Shown here: one piece after another, positions 60,087 to 64,000 of the stretch
Numbering within the stretch: the first letter of the stretch is position 1
How the letters are laid out: each line of letters begins with the position of its first letter
Assembly: GCA_002269645.1 (NCBI GenBank)
Contig: NIVC01000514.1
Location: 372,001-436,000, forward strand
Direction: 5' to 3'
DNA length: 64,000 nucleotides
Source of the DNA: Macrostomum lignano
Lineage: Eukaryota
Program-made: the position numbers and the translations under genes
Notes under the pieces: generated by a model
What the model was told of the DNA's origin: nothing
Databases searched by the model: none
The model's input: the letters and a program-made list of their open reading frames with translations, nothing else

Positions 60087-61775
60087 GTGATAGTGTCAGG
60101 GCTGAGTGTGATAGTGTCAGAGCTGAGTGTGATAGTGTCAGAGCTGAGTGTGATAGTGTCAGAGCTGAGTGTGATTGTGTCAGAGCTGGTCAGGGCTGAG
60201 TGTGATAGTGTCAGAGCTGAGTCTGATAGTTTCAGGGCTGAGTGTGATAGTGTCAGAGCTGAGTGTGATAGTGTCAGGGCTGAGTGTCAGAATCTTGATG
60301 TGTCTGATAGTGTCAGAGCTGAGTGTGATAGTGTCAGGGCTGAGTGTGATAGTGTCAGAGCTGAGTGTGATAGTGTCAGAGCTGAGTGTGATTGTGTCAG
60401 AGCTGGTCAGGGCTGAGTGTGATAGTGTCAGAGCTGAGTCTGATAGTTTCAGGGCTGAGTGTGATAGTGTCAGAGCTGAGTGTGATAGTGTCAGAGCTGG
60501 TCAGGGCTGAGTGTGATAGTGTCAGAGCTGAGTCTGATAGTTTCAGGGCTGAGTGTGATAGTGTCAGAGCTGAGTGTGATAGTGTCAGGGCTGAGTGTCA
60601 GAATCTTGATGTGTCTGATAGTGTCAGAGCTGAGTGTGATAGTGTCAGGGCTGAGTGTGATAGTGTCAGAGCTGATTGTGATAGTGTCAGGGCTGAGTGT
60701 GATAGTGTCAGAGCTGGTCAGGGCTGAGTGTGATAGTGTCAGAGCTGAGTGTGATAGTGTCAGAGCTGAGTGTGATAGTGTCAGAGCTGATTGTGATAGT
60801 GTCAGAGCTGAGTGTGATTGTGTCAGAGCTGAGTGTGATTGTGTCAGAGCTGATTGTGATAGTGTCAGGGCTGAGTGTGATAGTGTCAGAGCTGGTCAGG
60901 GCTGAGTGTGATAGTGTCAGAGCTGGTCAGGGCTGAGTGTGATAGTGTCAGAGCTGAGTGTGATAGTGTCAGAGCTGAGTGTGATAGTGTCAGAGCTGAG
61001 TGTGATTGTGTCAGAGCTGCACAAGTGTGATAGTGTCAGAGCTGAGTGTGATAGTGTCAGAGCTGAGTGTGATAGTGTCAGGGCTGAGTGTGATAGTGTC
61101 AGAGCTGAGTCTGATAGTTTCAGGGCTGAGTGTGATAGTGTCAGAGCTGAGTGTGATAGTGTCAGAGCTGATTGTGATAGTGTCAGAGCTGAGTGTGATT
61201 GTGTCAGAGCTGAGTGTGATAGTGTCAGGGCTGAGTGTGATTGTGTCAGAGCTGAGTGTGATTGTGTCAGAGCTGAGTGTGATAGTGTCAGAGCTGAGTG
61301 TGATAGTGTCAGAGCTGAGTGTGATTGTGTCAGAGCTGATTGTGATAGTGTCAGAGCTGAGTGTGATAGTGTCAGAGCTGATTGTGATAGTGTCAGGGCT
61401 GAGTGTGATAGTATCAGGGCTGAGTCTGATAGTGTCAGGGCTGAGTGTGATAGTGTCAGAGCTGAGTCTGATAGTTTCAGGGCTGAGTGTGATAGTGTCA
61501 GAGCTGAGTGTGATAGTGTCAGGGCTGAGTGTCAGAATCTTGATGTGTCTGATAGTGTCAGAGCTGATTGTGATAGTGTCAGAGCTGATTGTGATAGTTT
61601 CAGGGCTGAGTGTGATTGTGTCAGGGCTGAGTGTGATTGTGTCAGAGCTGATTGTGATTGTGTCAGGGCTGAGTGTGATTGTGTCAGAGCTGATTGTGAT
61701 AGTGTCAGGGCTGAGTGTGATTGTGTCAGAGCTAAGTGTGATAGTGTCAGAGCTGAGTGAGCTGAGCTGAGCTGA
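60087..61775. repeat. 21-bp tandem repeat (GTGATAGTGTCAGAGCTGAGT), ~75-80 copies with internal block duplications
   Basis: Direct periodicity; the block 60087-60303 recurs at 60304 onward. Confidence 0.97.
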
Positions 61776-61844
61776 GCTAGTTTACATGGACAAATCTTGC
61801 TGACTGAATCAGATCTGTTAGCAACAGAACTCAAAGTGTCAGAT

Positions 61845-62358
61845 TCTACTGACAGTGTCAAATGTTACTGACAGTGTCGAATGTTACTAACAGTGTCAGA
61901 TGCTACTGACAGTGTAGAATGTTACTGACAGTGTCAAATGTTACTGACAGTGTCAAATGTTACTGACAGTGTCGAATGTTACTAACAGTGTCAGATGCTA
62001 CTGACAGTGTAGAATGTTACTGACAGTGTCAAATGTTACTGACAGTGTCGAATGTTACTGACAGTGTCGAATGTTACTAACAGTGTCAGATGCTACTGAC
62101 AGTGTAGAATGTTACTGACAGTGTCAAATGTTACTGACAGTGTCAAATGTTACTGACAGTGTCGAATGTTACTAACAGTGTCAGATGCTACTGACAGTGT
62201 AGAATGTTACTGACAGTGTCAAATGTTACTGACAGTGTCGAATGTTACTGACAGTGTCGAATGTTACTAACAGTGTCAGATGCTACTGACAGTGTAGAAT
62301 GTTACTGACAGTGTCAAATGTTACTGACAGTGTAGAATGTTACTGACAGTGTCAGATG
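61845..62358. repeat. 19-bp tandem repeat (ATGTTACTGACAGTGTCAA) with higher-order variant cycling, ~27 copies
   Basis: Direct periodicity. Confidence 0.96.
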
Positions 62359-63494
62359 CAGGCGGCCTGAGCCATGCCAGATCTGAGTGTGTCGGGCATC
62401 GCGGCGGTTCCAAAGCTTCAAAGCAACCGGATGCCAGGGGCGGAGACGGCTGACGCACCGGGGGCTGGGGCTCATTCAGCTCAATAATTCCGCCATCACA
62501 ATGCCAATTGAGCTCGCACAATTCACCAGCGACATCAATAACAACAGCAGCGGCAGCGGCTTGAATTGGCGAGGCTGACCGGAAGCGACGCGGCCCGCGC
62601 TGTCCGCTGCGCTGCAGCCGCCGCCTTCGAGCTCAGGAAGCCGCCCGCCTGTGAGGCGGCCCGGCGCAGCGGAGAAGCTGGAAAAGGGGGGGGAGAGGAA
62701 GGGAGAAATCAAGATTCATGACTTGATGAAGCTGCTTCTCAAAGTAATGGAGGAATCTGGTCTCCGGGCCTTCTTCCTCTTCACTCTGCGGCCTGCGTGT
62801 CAGCGCGAATGGCATTAAAAATGCTGACGGGCCCGGCGGGAGGAGGCGCTGGGGAGAGAAGCGAAGCCGAGGCGCCTCCGCCAACTTCTTTGGCCCGAAG
62901 GCTTCGGATTCAGAGGGAAAATTTCTGCTTTCGCTTCGGAGCTCGGAGCTGATCGAGTCCCCCCCCCCCAATCACGCTTGACACTCCGGGCGGATTGGGA
63001 GAATTGGGAGAGGGGATTTGTCAAAAAAACGACAACATGCCGAGAGTCGAGGCTTGCCGCGCTCTCCGCAGTCTCCTAGTAGCAGAGTTGAGCAGCAGAG
63101 TTGAGCAAATATTTGCTAACGGGCCGAGCTGTTGGGAGCGCGGATGCGGGGGATCGGAGTCATTAACTGATAAGGTGAAAAGCTCAGCGGCGGCCTTCAC
63201 AGGTTCCGAAATCCCTCCGCTGCAAGCAATGACCCTTATCAGCTGATCCGGTGATTAGCCGCAGTGCAAAAGCTGACTGCAGTTTCTGTGTTAGCAAAAC
63301 TGCGACACCGAGCACTGCGAGGGCTGCGGCTCTCCTGCCGCCGACAAGCCAATCTGCCTGTGCGAGTTAATTAATCCGCCTGAGCCGCTGCTGTGTTTGC
63401 TTGACCCCCGCTGTGTGACATTGCACCAGGGCTGTTGCCGGGCTGGGGCAATCGGGGAATTCTTAGGGGTGCGATTTCAAGAATCTGGGGGAAT

Positions 63495-63882
63495 TCTGGG
63501 AATTCGGTAGGCTTTTTGGGGAATTCGGTAGGGTTTTGGGGAATTCGGTAGGCTTTTTGGGGAATTCGGTAGGGTTTTGGGGTAATTCGGTAGAGTTTTG
63601 TGGGAATTCGGTCGGGTTTTGTGGGAATTCGGTAGGCTTTTGTGGGAATTCGGTAGGCTTTTGTGGGAATTCGGTAGGCTTTTGTGGGAATTCGGTCGGG
63701 TTTTGTGGGAATTCGGTAGGGTTTTTTGGGAATTCGGTAGAGTTTTGTGGGAATTCGGTTGGGTTTTGTGGGAATTCGGTAGGCTTTTGTGGGAATTCGG
63801 TTGGGTTTTGTGGGAATTCGGTAGGGTTTTGTGGGAATTCGGTAGGGTTTTGTGGGAATTCGGTAGGGTTTTGTGGGAATTG
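63495..63882. repeat. 21-bp tandem repeat (GGGAATTCGGTAGGGTTTTGT), ~18 copies
   Basis: Direct periodicity. Confidence 0.96.
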
Positions 63883-64000
63883 GGTCGTGTCTGACAGAAT
63901 TCAGCAGGATTTTGGGGATTCGGTTGGTTTTAAGGGACTCGAGTGGGATGAGAAGAGATGCCTGGCTTCACAGTCAACCAGATGTGGGAAAATTGCAGCA

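Noticed and set aside
60087-61770. 'RAECDSV' and 'VIVSELS' repeat proteins
   Set aside because: Frames of the 21-bp tandem array; no splice or start context.

Overview
Eukaryotic (metazoan) genomic DNA, not prokaryotic. GC-rich codon usage, poly-Ala tracts and very dense minisatellites resemble a free-living flatworm such as Macrostomum (inference, not verified). Four protein-coding genes can be modelled by hand. (1) An intronless secreted PAN/apple-like + mucin + LamG-like protein (5440-6777, +). (2) Onecut, 3 exons (15327-26617, +). (3) A class I cyclic-nucleotide phosphodiesterase, PDE7-like, 5 exons (~35139-30271, -). (4) Tbx2/3 (omb-like), 6 exons (56217-42813, -). Also present: a decayed DD34D mariner, hAT- and MuDR-type non-autonomous elements (one triple-nested), tRNA-derived SINEs, and about 25 different tandem arrays, many filling introns. 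Most long ORFs in the supplied track are artefacts of stop-free repeats. Two leads stand out. First, a 21-bp-period minisatellite inside the Tbx2/3 gene carries 14 perfect T-box half-sites (AGGTGTGA), and other 21-bp arrays upstream carry CSL and GATA/T-core motifs, suggesting minisatellite-encoded cis-regulation. Second, a CpG-free, TpA-enriched domain in the Onecut gene body shows RIP-like C>T/G>A decay of an embedded SINE. All coordinates and counts were read by eye.
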